UHGV virus genome: UHGV-0003692
From: a virus
Direction: 5' to 3' (one strand)
DNA length: 28,503 bases
This document shows, piece by piece, positions 7,988 to 17,779 of the stretch (position 1 is its first letter; the number at the start of each line of letters is the position of its first letter). The position numbers were made by a program, and so were the translations under genes. Below the pieces are notes generated by a model that was given only the letters and a program-made list of their open reading frames with translations, was not told where the DNA came from and made no database searches.

Positions 7988-9975
7988 TAACCCACCCTCA
8001 CCTGATTACTTCGCATGACCTGAGCATTTGCAGACTGTTGCCGACGTGCAACCTCATTACCGACAGCGTGCGGGTCTCCGCCACCGTAAATGTGGTAGGT
8101 ATTTTGCTGGTTAACCTCTGTCACTTTGCCACTAATTCCCGCCACGGCAGCCTTATTAATCAGCTCTCGAGAATAGATATTTCTTCCATTCTCATGCTGG
8201 ATAATGCTGCTCATCAATGCTGACATGGTTTGCGGATCGCTCATATTCAGGGCAGCCCGGGGATCCACTCCCAGTCGTTGCGATACAGCCCTGATATACG
8301 CAGTTGTGTTGTTATTATCAGACGCAGGTGCCCAGGTAGAGATAATTTTCTCCACGCTGTTTATTCCACGTCCGGCGTACAGCATTAACTGACGAGCAAG
8401 AGCCCGTAATCCATCAAAAGCAGTTTCAAATCTGGCAAATCGCCCGCCCGGGCGTTCAAGAGAAGCCCCTGCCTGACCAGCAAAATTAAGGTTTCCCGGA
8501 TTGTTATTCCGTTCTCCTCGTTTCGTAGCCTGTGCATATTGTTCCGGCTCATCATCACCAAACCAGCCGCGTACCGTCCGGCCCACGCTGCGAGGATCGA
8601 ATCCCCAGTGCTCTTTAATCCAGTCGGCAGTACTGTTAGCGCTGTCTGTAACCATCGGCATCGCTGACGGATTTTCGCTGCCCTGATTAAGTATCTGTTT
8701 GCTGATGCTGACTGCATCAGCCCAGCGGCCATCTTTGATAGCGTTGAGCAGGTCGGCGATCATGTTCAGCATTTTGCTGAATTCGCCCATCTGGTCGATG
8801 AAGTTGCTGAAATCCCACTTCAGGGACCATGATTTGGGGTCAATATTGAGCAGTTTCGCCAGCGCTTTCGCCAGTTCATTAACAGACCCTTTCAGGTCAC
8901 GAACCATCTTCAGCGCGGCATCGACCTCCGGCTTCCACTTGCCCCAGTCAATCAGGCTGTCGCCGCCTTCCTTCCAGGTCTGATAGTCCTCCCACAGAAG
9001 GGCAATCCCCGCCGCCAGCGCGGTAATGAGGCCAATCGGCGACATCCAGAACGTACTGTTTAGAATGCGCAGCGCAATCGTCAGCGCGCCAAACAGCGAG
9101 ATGAGCTCCCGCGTTTGCTTATCCAGCGATTGCCACCAGGTGATAAGGCTGGATGTTCCCTCAATTAGCCTGAAGAACAGCCGCCCGATGATGTCTCCGA
9201 TCGCCAGAATGCCTTTTATGGCTTTCGTCAGGGTCTGCTCGATACGAGGGAAGTTGTCCAGGATATGGCGGCGCAGGGTGTCCAGCGAACCAGCAAGCCC
9301 ACCCGCAAGATTAGAGCCGATTTTGTCACGGGCCATGCCTGCCATCGCGCCGAACTCGCGCAGGGAGGTCATGAATTTGTTGGAGCTTCTGGCCGCCTCG
9401 TCAGCATTGAAACCGATAGCTTTCGCCATTGCGCTGTACTGCCCGGAGAAACCACCCACACCCCGGCGCATCGCCATAAGGGTATTTTCGTCAATGCCCA
9501 GCATCTGCGCATACTGGTTAGCCCGGTAATACGGCATGCCGCTGAGCTTCTGGCCTACACCCGTAAAAATAGCGGCCATGTCACGCATGTTACCGCTGGC
9601 ATCACGGGTCTGTACGCCCAGGCGATTCAGAAAGCCTTCTGCACCGGGATTGTTACGAATAAACCGGGAGAGGCTTTCCAGAGAAGATCGCGCAGCGTCA
9701 ACACTGCCGCCAACCTGCGAAACCGCATAGCCAATAGACTGAATCCCCTGGACTGTCGCGCCGGTGCGCTGTGACGCCCGGTAGAGATTATCCAGACCGG
9801 AGGCGATCTTAGCCGTGAAGGCCACCACGGACAGCGCAGCTCCTTCAACAGCCAGCCCCATTTTGATGACATTTGCAGTTGTACCGGCGAGGACAGAACC
9901 GAACTTTTTCGCTCCTGCATCATCCACATTGAAGCCAAGCGAGACGAGGAAATCTTTAATAGTTTCAGCGTTCAT
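7987..9975 (-). CDS. Tail tape measure protein
   Basis: Largest ORF of the tail module, immediately after the chaperone; Ala/Gly/Leu-rich helical N-terminal part. ATG at 9975 (MNAETIKDF) preceded by GGAGAGAGG; the track's earlier start at 9996 lacks a ribosome-binding site. Confidence 0.7.
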   Translation of the reverse strand: MNAETIKDFLVSLGFNVDDAGAKKFGSVLAGTTANVIKMGLAVEGAALSVVAFTAKIASGLDNLYRASQRTGATVQGIQSIGYAVSQVGGSVDAARSSLESLSRFIRNNPGAEGFLNRLGVQTRDASGNMRDMAAIFTGVGQKLSGMPYYRANQYAQMLGIDENTLMAMRRGVGGFSGQYSAMAKAIGFNADEAARSSNKFMTSLREFGAMAGMARDKIGSNLAGGLAGSLDTLRRHILDNFPRIEQTLTKAIKGILAIGDIIGRLFFRLIEGTSSLITWWQSLDKQTRELISLFGALTIALRILNSTFWMSPIGLITALAAGIALLWEDYQTWKEGGDSLIDWGKWKPEVDAALKMVRDLKGSVNELAKALAKLLNIDPKSWSLKWDFSNFIDQMGEFSKMLNMIADLLNAIKDGRWADAVSISKQILNQGSENPSAMPMVTDSANSTADWIKEHWGFDPRSVGRTVRGWFGDDEPEQYAQATKRGERNNNPGNLNFAGQAGASLERPGGRFARFETAFDGLRALARQLMLYAGRGINSVEKIISTWAPASDNNNTTAYIRAVSQRLGVDPRAALNMSDPQTMSALMSSIIQHENGRNIYSRELINKAAVAGISGKVTEVNQQNTYHIYGGGDPHAVGNEVARRQQSANAQVMRSNQVRVG

Positions 9976-10605
9976 TATCCTCTCTCCATTTCTCAATGCG
10001 CCGCTGGTTATCCGCTTTTACCGCCAGATGGTCATTCAAGAGAGCAATGTCGTACAAATCGACAGAGCCATCTTTAAGTGCTGTATAAGGAATTAACCCG
10101 GCGTCAACCGGATTGAGAAGGTAAGACAGCCCGTCCGGCAGGCTGTTAAACGTCAGCCCTGTTGCAGGCTCTGCGTCGTGCTGGTAAGGGGTGTAGGCAA
10201 AAAATTTCCCAGCGAATCGGCGACCACCCGCGCCACCAGATGCAGCATGACCAGCAAGTCAATATCATCAAACATCAGTTCGCCCCGGGTAAATACCGGA
10301 ACCCATCCGTCCATATGACGCCGCGATACCACCGCAAGACAGGGATGAATAATCGCACTGGTGTCATCTTCTGTCAGGGAAGACAGTTCCTCAGCGATAC
10401 GCGGGAGCATGGTTTCAAACACCGGTTTTAACTGCTCGAATTTCACGGTGTCGATTTTGCCATCAGCAGGCAAACGGGAGCGAATGCTCCCGAAATCTGA
10501 CATCATTCCTGCCAGCACCGGCAGAAGTTTGCGGGTCACTTTCAGCTGATCAAAAACGCTGAGTTTTGCCGCGCGATATTTCACGCCTTTGATTTCGAAT
10601 TCCAT
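9965..10605 (-). CDS. Tail assembly chaperone -1 frameshift product (lambda G/GT-like)
   Basis: Near the 3' end of the chaperone gene the minus strand reads CTG-GGA-AAT-TTT-TTG (slippery G_GGA_AAT, complement of plus 10204-10210). The -1 frame is open from there for about 80 codons and ends at TGA 9965-9967, just inside the tape-measure start. Confidence 0.45.
10153..10605 (-). CDS. Tail assembly chaperone
   Basis: 150-aa ORF between tail tube and tape measure genes; ATG at 10605. Confidence 0.55.
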   Translation of the reverse strand: MEFEIKGVKYRAAKLSVFDQLKVTRKLLPVLAGMMSDFGSIRSRLPADGKIDTVKFEQLKPVFETMLPRIAEELSSLTEDDTSAIIHPCLAVVSRRHMDGWVPVFTRGELMFDDIDLLVMLHLVARVVADSLGNFLPTPLTSTTQSLQQG

Positions 10606-10608
10606 GTA

Positions 10609-11049
10609 TTAAAACTCCCCGAGAACCTGGTCAATCTTGCCGCAGTCAAACACCCACGGCATCGTATTACCGGTTTTAGCGTTGGCATTATCCGGTTGTT
10701 TCTGGAACGCAACACTACGTGCCGTGATGATGTCGCCGCTGACCTTGTTTCGGATCACAATAACGTTATTCCCCCATGTGTCAGAAGACTGGCTCTGTGC
10801 GTTATACGCCAGCGACAATTTTTTATTTGTCGGTGATGTCTTCAGAAGGTTAACGGTAATCGTCCCGCTTTTATCTGCATGGAGACTGTGCATCACTTCG
10901 CCATCAGCACCGATGGTCATGGTGTTTTTAGGACCGCCCATCGCAACCACAATCCCCTCTTCAGAACTTGCCGAACCGTACCCGAGGTCAATCGAACCGG
11001 TCGGCCCGGTCAGCGTCGCAGTGACATCCATAAAAGAATAGGTAGACAT
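10609..11049 (-). CDS. Tail tube protein
   Basis: 146-aa ORF immediately downstream of the sheath gene; ribosome-binding site GGGGAAG before ATG 11049. Confidence 0.55.
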   Translation of the reverse strand: MSTYSFMDVTATLTGPTGSIDLGYGSASSEEGIVVAMGGPKNTMTIGADGEVMHSLHADKSGTITVNLLKTSPTNKKLSLAYNAQSQSSDTWGNNVIVIRNKVSGDIITARSVAFQKQPDNANAKTGNTMPWVFDCGKIDQVLGEF

Positions 11050-11059
11050 TCACTTCCCC

Positions 11060-12205
11060 TTAGCGAACAACGTTAATCTGTACGTCAGCGTAATGAACCG
11101 CGCCTGCAAGTTTTATTGCAGCCTGAATCACCGGAGCCTTACGGGCTTCACGTTCTGATTGTGCCTGTTCATCCAGCGGCTGGGCGTATACGTAATAACC
11201 TTTGGGCAGCGTGTCACCTGATGACAACTGACCAAGGTCGCCCCCGTTCCATACGCCCGGAGCAATCAGTCCATTCTGAACGGCCTGATCCAGTGATTTT
11301 TCAACATTTGATAACAGTCGGGTAATACCGGCTTCAGTCTGGGGAACCTTCGTGGTGCTGGTATAAAGCAGGTTATAGAGGTTGGTCTGCACATAATTCT
11401 GTAACCAGTCCAGGCCGTGGCGTTCATCAAAGAAATCGCCGTTAGCCATCACTCCCTGCTGGAGGATAGCCGTATCATTCTGGTAGTACACGAACACATT
11501 GCAGTTTTTTGCATCAAGTGCCGATGCCTGGCTGACTGTCAGTGTTTCATACCCGACACCCGGCTCCTGCTTAAACTTGAGCGTAATCGCGGTATTACTG
11601 CCATTGAAATTAACCGTGAATGCCCGGCCAAATGCAGATAACGCAGCGTATTTATTACCAGATGAATACTGAATAAAACTGCGTGAATATCCGGCGGTTT
11701 TCAGTTTTGATGCCAAATCATCGCTGGATGCAGTCTGCAGGCATTTTTCATCGCTTGTCGTAATCGCCAGAATACGGCTTACAGAAGAGGATTCGATCGC
11801 CGCAGCCACTTTCAGCCAGTCTGCATCCGGAATATCTGCATCGTCTGCAATCCCCAGCCCATACCATGAAGTATAATCAAGCATGGCATTCACAGCCTGC
11901 TCCAGCGTCTCAGTCGTGGCCTGTTCGCTGTCTCCCTTCGTTTTCACCCAACGACCAACAAAAACCTCCTGAGGTTTCGGTGATTGTGAGAAAAACACCT
12001 GCGCAGCTTTATATTCTGGTGATTCCACGCCAAAATCTTTTCCAATATCTTCCGCGGCAGAATAACGACGAATGCGCTCACTTACCGGAATGATTGTGGA
12101 CGGGCCGAGAATGAGTAATGCACCAAAATTTCGCCCTGATGCTGCACGCGGCGACATGATCACATCAACATTAACAACGTTTGATACAGGCAAGCCCTGT
12201 GCCAT
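11060..12205 (-). CDS. Tail sheath protein
   Basis: 381-aa ORF followed by tube, chaperone and tape-measure genes, implying a contractile tail; family membership (DUF3383-type sheath) is recalled, not searched. Confidence 0.55.
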   Translation of the reverse strand: MAQGLPVSNVVNVDVIMSPRAASGRNFGALLILGPSTIIPVSERIRRYSAAEDIGKDFGVESPEYKAAQVFFSQSPKPQEVFVGRWVKTKGDSEQATTETLEQAVNAMLDYTSWYGLGIADDADIPDADWLKVAAAIESSSVSRILAITTSDEKCLQTASSDDLASKLKTAGYSRSFIQYSSGNKYAALSAFGRAFTVNFNGSNTAITLKFKQEPGVGYETLTVSQASALDAKNCNVFVYYQNDTAILQQGVMANGDFFDERHGLDWLQNYVQTNLYNLLYTSTTKVPQTEAGITRLLSNVEKSLDQAVQNGLIAPGVWNGGDLGQLSSGDTLPKGYYVYAQPLDEQAQSEREARKAPVIQAAIKLAGAVHYADVQINVVR

Positions 12206-12208
12206 AGC

Positions 12209-12772
12209 TTAATCTCCGAAAAAGATGACTGGTGCTTCCACCAGCGATTTAATACCGTACTCGCGCACAACCTTCCGGCGCAGACGCACCGTCATATCGT
12301 AGCGGCGGACCCATTGCTGATTAATAAGTTCAGGGAAGGGAGTCAGACCTGTGTAATCGCCAAGAGACAGCCCCAGCGCATTCAGTGCTGCGTTGTTCTG
12401 CGGTACAGATATACCGTCACGAAACCGGGACGCATACACCATCCCAGCCGGACCATAAAACGAAGCCATACACACAATCGTTTCATGCCGCCAGAGCTGA
12501 GAGCCATCATCGGTCTGTCTGGTGAATGCCGGACTGTCATCACCTGACCATCCGATAACCCCAAACGCACACCAGTTCGTTTCAACCGGTAGCAGTGGCG
12601 GCTGCTCTTTCTGCCAGCGCGGACGAACCATCCCGGCAGACAGACCGGAAACGTTACGCATCCACTGGCTTAACAGCCTGTCGAGCGCTTCGTCATAATC
12701 CGGATCGCCACTGGTTGGTATTAACCATCCGCGCTCTGTACTGGTGTTATTGCTCAACCGGAGTTCCCCCAT
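12209..12772 (-). CDS. Phage structural protein (head-tail joining / tail completion region)
   Basis: Track ORF starts with TTG at 12775; first ATG at 12772. Lies between capsid-proximal genes and the sheath. Confidence 0.4.
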   Translation of the reverse strand: MGELRLSNNTSTERGWLIPTSGDPDYDEALDRLLSQWMRNVSGLSAGMVRPRWQKEQPPLLPVETNWCAFGVIGWSGDDSPAFTRQTDDGSQLWRHETIVCMASFYGPAGMVYASRFRDGISVPQNNAALNALGLSLGDYTGLTPFPELINQQWVRRYDMTVRLRRKVVREYGIKSLVEAPVIFFGD

Positions 12773-13136
12773 CAAACGGCATCAACTCACAATGCGCCTG
12801 AACGAATCCGGCCCCATAAGCTGTATACGGGTCGACGAAGGTCACACGATAATCACGGCCCTGATACGTCACGATATCGGCATCACGGCCAGTCTGTCCC
12901 TGCGTCAGTCGCTCAGTCGTCACAATCAGAATTGCACCGCTGATTACCTGCCCTGCCTGCATACGGCGGTTTTCCAGAGAGCGATCAACAGTTACGACTC
13001 CGGCAAACTGCTTTTTAACTTCGCTGTCGCTGCCGATCCCGTCCTCATCCACCGTTTGCACTCGGCGTGTTACCCACAAATTGAAGTCGCAAAAATCGGG
13101 GTCAAAAAGCACATCTGTTACATCAAGAGTCGGCAT
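12747..13136 (-). CDS. Phage structural protein (head-tail joining region)
   Basis: 129-aa ORF, ATG at 13136, overlapping neighbours by 14-26 nt; same operon and strand. Confidence 0.4.
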   Translation of the reverse strand: MPTLDVTDVLFDPDFCDFNLWVTRRVQTVDEDGIGSDSEVKKQFAGVVTVDRSLENRRMQAGQVISGAILIVTTERLTQGQTGRDADIVTYQGRDYRVTFVDPYTAYGAGFVQAHCELMPFDGGTPVEQ

Positions 13137-13677
13137 TTTTATCCCTCACAACATGGGTAATCGCTCTGCGATATTGCCCGGTGTCGATTAGCGGTTTCAC
13201 CAGATCGGTTCCAGGAGACTCACCAGCAGCTCGCCGCGCAAGTTCCGCTTTTGCCCCTTTGCGCCCTCGACGTGCACGGGCTTCAACAGTGCTGTCAGCA
13301 AGCGGCGTAAAGCCGGTAATAGTCATGTAACGCCTGACGCCATTAGCGGCCAGCGTTCCGGCTCGGTTGAGCGCTCTTTCCGCCCCCGCCGCATTTCCAT
13401 CAAGCGCAGCCTGCGCCGCTGCTTTGAGCTGCGGCACTGTCTGTCCCTCTACCGATTTAACGCCGGGGGTCAGGTGCGGGCGTGGGGGGATGTTTTGCGC
13501 TGGCGAGCCGTATTCGTTGACGTAACCGATCCCGGCATTACCAAACGGAACATCCTCACGCTCGCTGTCTGCTTCCGGGATACCCACCAGCACTTCTTTT
13601 TTACTGATGGATTTGAGCGCATCCAGAATGGCCTGAGCGTTATCCACCCTCGTTGTTACACCGCTTTTGAAACTCAT
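13123..13677 (-). CDS. Phage structural protein (head-tail joining region)
   Basis: 184-aa ORF with ATGA start/stop overlap with the upstream gene at 13674-13677. Confidence 0.4.
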   Translation of the reverse strand: MSFKSGVTTRVDNAQAILDALKSISKKEVLVGIPEADSEREDVPFGNAGIGYVNEYGSPAQNIPPRPHLTPGVKSVEGQTVPQLKAAAQAALDGNAAGAERALNRAGTLAANGVRRYMTITGFTPLADSTVEARARRGRKGAKAELARRAAGESPGTDLVKPLIDTGQYRRAITHVVRDKNADS

Positions 13678-14081
13678 AGCTGGCGACCGCCCGCACCGAA
13701 CATCGTGATCAGCTGATAAAATTCAGCGCCATATCGGGTGTTATTCCAGAAGCCTGCGTCATGGTTTAGCGTCGCGCTGGTGTCATAGCTGACGCTTACC
13801 TTGTCAACAGACTTAGAGGATTGAACACCATTGGTTGAACCGCCCGGGCCGCCAACCAGCATTGCCCGACTATCTGCCGCCCATAGCGTCATGTAGTGAG
13901 CCACGAACAACCCGGCAAAGTACGGAAACAACTTTTTGCCGGTGACGTTTTCGCTCAGCAGTTCATCGGCCAGATTCAGACGAAACTGGATTTGCGCTTC
14001 GGGATATTTGGCAGGGTCAGCAAACTGCGGGAAGTCGCGGCGAAAATCACTTACCGCTGGCAGACTTTGATTCTTTGGCAT
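13674..14081 (-). CDS. Head-tail adaptor-like protein
   Basis: 135-aa ORF shortly downstream of the major capsid gene; ATG at 14081. Confidence 0.4.
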   Translation of the reverse strand: MPKNQSLPAVSDFRRDFPQFADPAKYPEAQIQFRLNLADELLSENVTGKKLFPYFAGLFVAHYMTLWAADSRAMLVGGPGGSTNGVQSSKSVDKVSVSYDTSATLNHDAGFWNNTRYGAEFYQLITMFGAGGRQL

Positions 14082-14268
14082 TTTTTACCTCGTTACGCGC
14101 GTCTGTGGCTTTGCCAACGGATACTTCCGCGTGCGCACGAGTGAACCAGTGCGTGGCAACGTCTTCCTCCACAGCATGACGGCCTTTAACAAACTCGCGC
14201 CGAGAACCGTCGGGAAGCGTGAGCACAAACGGGGTATGTACGTGTATTACTGCATCATTTTTTGCCAT
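14047..14268 (-). CDS. Small phage protein (capsid-proximal)
   Basis: 73-aa ORF with AAGGA ribosome-binding site 8 nt before ATG 14268. Confidence 0.35.
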   Translation of the reverse strand: MAKNDAVIHVHTPFVLTLPDGSRREFVKGRHAVEEDVATHWFTRAHAEVSVGKATDARNEVKNAKESKSASGK

Positions 14269-14309
14269 CGGGTCATCCTTAATGGCCCCACCAGGGGGCC
14301 ATGTGGCTG

Positions 14310-15251
14310 TTAAATGCCATCAACGTACGAAATGGTTTCTTTGTACACTGGCTCGACTGCACCCAGCTTGCCGTAGTAAGTGACGATCTGATACAGACCG
14401 CGATACTGCACCGGCACGCTCTGAAGCGGAACCAGCGGGTAGCGGACGTATTTTTTATCGTTGGTGTACGCAACCATGCGATCCTTTTTCCCCACACCAC
14501 GGCCTTTCAGCCATTTAACCGCGCGGATATTCAGCGGAACACCGTTCTGGTGATAGCTGATGGTGTTGGTCTGAAGATACGTCAACAGGGACTGGTTACC
14601 CGCAGATGAAACGATGATGCTGGACAACAGAGCAAACTGCTCAGGCGGGATCAGCAAATCACGCGGAACCACAGAGTAACCGGAAGCGGCCCACGCATCA
14701 GACAGCACCTGGTTAATGCTTGCGCGGATTTCGTCCGGTGTTGAGGTTGCCCACGTTTTGGCAGCGTTGTTGACAGGCACGCCGTCCAGGGTAACAAGGC
14801 CTTTCAGGTTTAATGCGGAATCGCCAACATATACCTGTTCATCGTTATCCATCTGCCATTTCAGTTGCATACCGTCATACTTCTGCGTATCAATCGGGCG
14901 GCCGACCTGCTGAGCAGCCTGCAATTCTATGACCGTCCAGCCAAGTTCCATCCCCCACAGGTTCAGCGGGTTACCGGATTTGCCGATATCCACGTTCACG
15001 CCAGCAATAGCGGTTGAGTCTTTGCCTACCCAGTTTTTGCCATTCGGATTTGCACCAGTACCCGCAGCGGCGAAGCTGGTATTCGTCCAGCTGGAAATGT
15101 CATCTGCGATAGAGACATCTTCACGCAGTTGGATATCGCGGGTCCAGGTGTACCCCACCAGTGGCAGGTGCAGTGTCTGGTCGAGTCGTTCCAGCTCCCC
15201 GATGAGAAAGGCACCAGAGCTGTCAACGGTTGCCTGATCAAAAGTAATCAT
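14310..15251 (-). CDS. Major capsid protein (candidate)
   Basis: 313-aa ORF downstream of portal, morphogenesis and scaffold-like genes; size and position fit a major capsid protein. Confidence 0.5.
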   Translation of the reverse strand: MITFDQATVDSSGAFLIGELERLDQTLHLPLVGYTWTRDIQLREDVSIADDISSWTNTSFAAAGTGANPNGKNWVGKDSTAIAGVNVDIGKSGNPLNLWGMELGWTVIELQAAQQVGRPIDTQKYDGMQLKWQMDNDEQVYVGDSALNLKGLVTLDGVPVNNAAKTWATSTPDEIRASINQVLSDAWAASGYSVVPRDLLIPPEQFALLSSIIVSSAGNQSLLTYLQTNTISYHQNGVPLNIRAVKWLKGRGVGKKDRMVAYTNDKKYVRYPLVPLQSVPVQYRGLYQIVTYYGKLGAVEPVYKETISYVDGI

Positions 15252-15262
15252 TCGTCTGTTCC

Positions 15263-15766
15263 TTAAATCTTCCAGGAAATTTCTGCATTGCCGTTAGCAT
15301 CACCGGCACCTGTGAATTCAGCGTTGGTCAGCACCACATTTTTGCCACTGACTGACGTGGACATGAATCCACCCAGCGGCACTTTGATGGATACATCAGT
15401 GGAGACGACAACGTATACCGGGTCGCCTTTTTTGATGGTGCTGGCATCAAAATCAGAACCGAGATTAACGGTCACGTAGCCACGCTTCATTGCGTCGCCC
15501 GGGAAGTTCTTGCCACTCCCCACCTGGCGAACCATGTCCGGCTGCGACGTGGTCGGATAAGGGCGCACATAGATCCCCTTCACCTTGTCTGCGGTATCAC
15601 CATCTGCCAGCGGTACGAAAAAACCGTCAGCATCGTATTTACCAGCCAGCCCATAGGCAGCAAAGGCGTTATCGGATTTAAGGACCACCGGTTCGACGGT
15701 TAAGTCCTGCGGGCGAGAGATAGCCCCGGCAATGCCAACAGGCATCCGGTACAGATATGCAGTCAT
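15263..15766 (-). CDS. Head structural protein (decoration/accessory candidate)
   Basis: 167-aa ORF between the scaffold-like and capsid genes; ATG at 15766. Confidence 0.35.
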   Translation of the reverse strand: MTAYLYRMPVGIAGAISRPQDLTVEPVVLKSDNAFAAYGLAGKYDADGFFVPLADGDTADKVKGIYVRPYPTTSQPDMVRQVGSGKNFPGDAMKRGYVTVNLGSDFDASTIKKGDPVYVVVSTDVSIKVPLGGFMSTSVSGKNVVLTNAEFTGAGDANGNAEISWKI

Positions 15767-15770
15767 TGGA

Positions 15771-16991
15771 TTATCCTTTGCGGTTAGACCAGAATTCGGC
15801 GTTTTGTTTGTTCAGGGAAGCGATGCTGGTCATGCCCATGTTTGGGCGCTGTGCATCGCCGGTGGTGGCGCGGGTGTTTCGCCCTTTGGCAATCTCAGAC
15901 ACGGCATTAAACGCCATGTTGACCGATTGTTTCGGTAATTTGCGGATATCCGCATCACCGACTATCTGGCGAACCAGCGTTTTATCTGCGGAAGCCAGAA
16001 CCTCGCGTTTGAACGCGGTCGGTTTCATCTTACGGCTCAGATCGATACCCGGAACGATAACTTCGGCACGCCAGGCTGAGTCACCAGTAATCGTGGTTTC
16101 CTCTTCATCGTCCTCGCCGTCACCGGTCGGATTATCGTCAGGCTTATTGTCGTTATCGCCCGTCGCATTTCCTTCCAGCTTAGCCAGCAGGGCTTTCAGT
16201 AATGTTTTGAGGTCATCATCACTGTCGCCGGTTGGACCTCCACCCATCTCTGGTGCTTTGTCCGGTAGTGGTTGCTGCGGGGACAGGTTGATGTTGAGAT
16301 TAACGCCCTGCGGCAAATCCCCCTCATCTCCTGTAACCGATGCGGGAGCCGACTCCACCAGTTCGTTCATGGTGTCGGCATCTCCTGTCTTGATGGCTGC
16401 ACGCATGCGGTTCCACCAGTTTTTCTTTTGATTTGCCATTGTGTCTCTGTCTCCAATTGCACAACGATTTCCGGCTCTGCCTTTGGGGACAAGAGCCACA
16501 TGGTTTCCGGTAATATCGACCTGCTCGGCTTTACCTGGCTCGGTCTGCTCGTACTCCGCGTCATAGCCGCACGACACTTCACGCAGGCCATCTTCGATAA
16601 GCTGAATGGCGTTTTCGTCTTTGACGATAAGGTCAGCCAGCATCAAATCAGACTGCTCACCCGTCCCGCGCCGGACATTCTGGAGGTGCCCGACAGCAAG
16701 CTCTTTCCAGTTCTCGGGATTTACCAGCCGCACATTCCCGTTTTCATCTTCAGGATGCAGGATCGTGATGCTCATCCCTTCGAATGAGGCAAGCGTGGCC
16801 GGATGGAATACCTGCTCAGGAGAACGCGTGACGACTATTTCACCTAACTTATCGGGTTTCAGTTTTGGCAGATCATCAGCACCATAGAGCTGCTTACCTG
16901 TTCGTCCTATCGGCACGTCTTTGCACAGCAACGAGCCGTCAGCCAGCTGGTAGCGGGTTTCTCCCAGCCGGGTATTGAAAAAATATTTCAT
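15771..16991 (-). CDS. Head scaffolding / maturation protein (candidate)
   Basis: 406-aa ORF with a long acidic low-complexity stretch (GDSDDDL...GDNDNKPDDNPTGDGEDDEEE), typical of scaffold proteins; between the morphogenesis and capsid genes. Confidence 0.45.
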   Translation of the reverse strand: MKYFFNTRLGETRYQLADGSLLCKDVPIGRTGKQLYGADDLPKLKPDKLGEIVVTRSPEQVFHPATLASFEGMSITILHPEDENGNVRLVNPENWKELAVGHLQNVRRGTGEQSDLMLADLIVKDENAIQLIEDGLREVSCGYDAEYEQTEPGKAEQVDITGNHVALVPKGRAGNRCAIGDRDTMANQKKNWWNRMRAAIKTGDADTMNELVESAPASVTGDEGDLPQGVNLNINLSPQQPLPDKAPEMGGGPTGDSDDDLKTLLKALLAKLEGNATGDNDNKPDDNPTGDGEDDEEETTITGDSAWRAEVIVPGIDLSRKMKPTAFKREVLASADKTLVRQIVGDADIRKLPKQSVNMAFNAVSEIAKGRNTRATTGDAQRPNMGMTSIASLNKQNAEFWSNRKG

Positions 16992-17005
16992 GGGTTACCT
17001 GCGAT

Positions 17006-17779
17006 TCAGGCGGGATAAGATTGGGAGGTGGGAAAAACGATTTCTTTATAACAGCGACAATTCGGGAGCTCGCCAGCGTGACCGGTCATGCCATCAAGCG
17101 TTGGAGGTTTGCCCCATTCGACAAATTTACCTTCCATTTCCCGATGAGAATGCCTGACGTCACCATCTTCGGCTGTACGCCAGATATAACCATTCGAACC
17201 AATTGACAGCGCACGCGCCTGATCCAGCGCGCCGGTTGCACGTCCAAGTTCAGTACGGGCGATAAGGTTCGCTCGTGAGCGTGACACGTCACCGGACGCA
17301 GCTATCTCTTTCGCGAATGGCTCAGCGCGGCCACCAGACACAACGGCCTCGATGGCCTTGTTCTGAATGTCATACACCCGATCGGCGGCCTCAAGAGGCA
17401 GTGACTTGATGTACTTAATTTGCTCGGCGACGATGGATTTCATCACCTGGCCTACCGGGGCGCGGTCGACCATGTTGCGCAGCTCTGCGCTGATGTTCCT
17501 GCTGTGCTGACGCCACTGCTTTTCATTCTGGCGCGCAATGTCGGCGGTAAAGTTCTCAGCAACCTTCGTCGCCCAGGGGGTGATGATTTCGCTGTAGCGC
17601 TCCAGCGCATCCATTATTTCGGTGACACTGTCATTTGAACCATCGTAGCGACCATTTACGATATCCCCGACCGCCCGCGCTATCTGCCGTAGGCTCGTTC
17701 GATATCGGATCTCCGCCTGGCGACTCTGGCGGTTTGTCGCCAAGTTCGCCGATGCCTGGCGGCGCTTCGTCTTCGGCAT
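17006..17779 (-). CDS. Head morphogenesis protein (Mu F / SPP1 gp7-like)
   Basis: 257-aa ORF directly after the portal gene; ATG at 17779 with GAGGA ribosome-binding site; overlaps the portal 3' end by 149 nt in another frame. Confidence 0.5.
   Translation of the reverse strand: MPKTKRRQASANLATNRQSRQAEIRYRTSLRQIARAVGDIVNGRYDGSNDSVTEIMDALERYSEIITPWATKVAENFTADIARQNEKQWRQHSRNISAELRNMVDRAPVGQVMKSIVAEQIKYIKSLPLEAADRVYDIQNKAIEAVVSGGRAEPFAKEIAASGDVSRSRANLIARTELGRATGALDQARALSIGSNGYIWRTAEDGDVRHSHREMEGKFVEWGKPPTLDGMTGHAGELPNCRCYKEIVFPTSQSYPA

Noticed and set aside
8038-9774. Multiple plus-strand ORFs of 60-170 aa inside the tape-measure gene
   Set aside because: Antisense ORFs within a long GC-rich coding region; the tape-measure frame is continuous and coherent.
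12382-12585. Nested minus-strand ORFs in alternative frames (for example 12382-12585, 1009-1215, 3403-3612, 3963-4211, 19420-19809)
   Set aside because: Fully contained within longer, better-supported same-strand genes in other frames; no evidence of embedded genes apart from Rz1, which has a recognisable lipoprotein signature.
15757-16431. 224-aa plus-strand ORF opposite the scaffold-like gene
   Set aside because: Antisense to a gene with a clear start and coupling to neighbours; low-complexity Ser/Pro-rich translation typical of a shadow frame.
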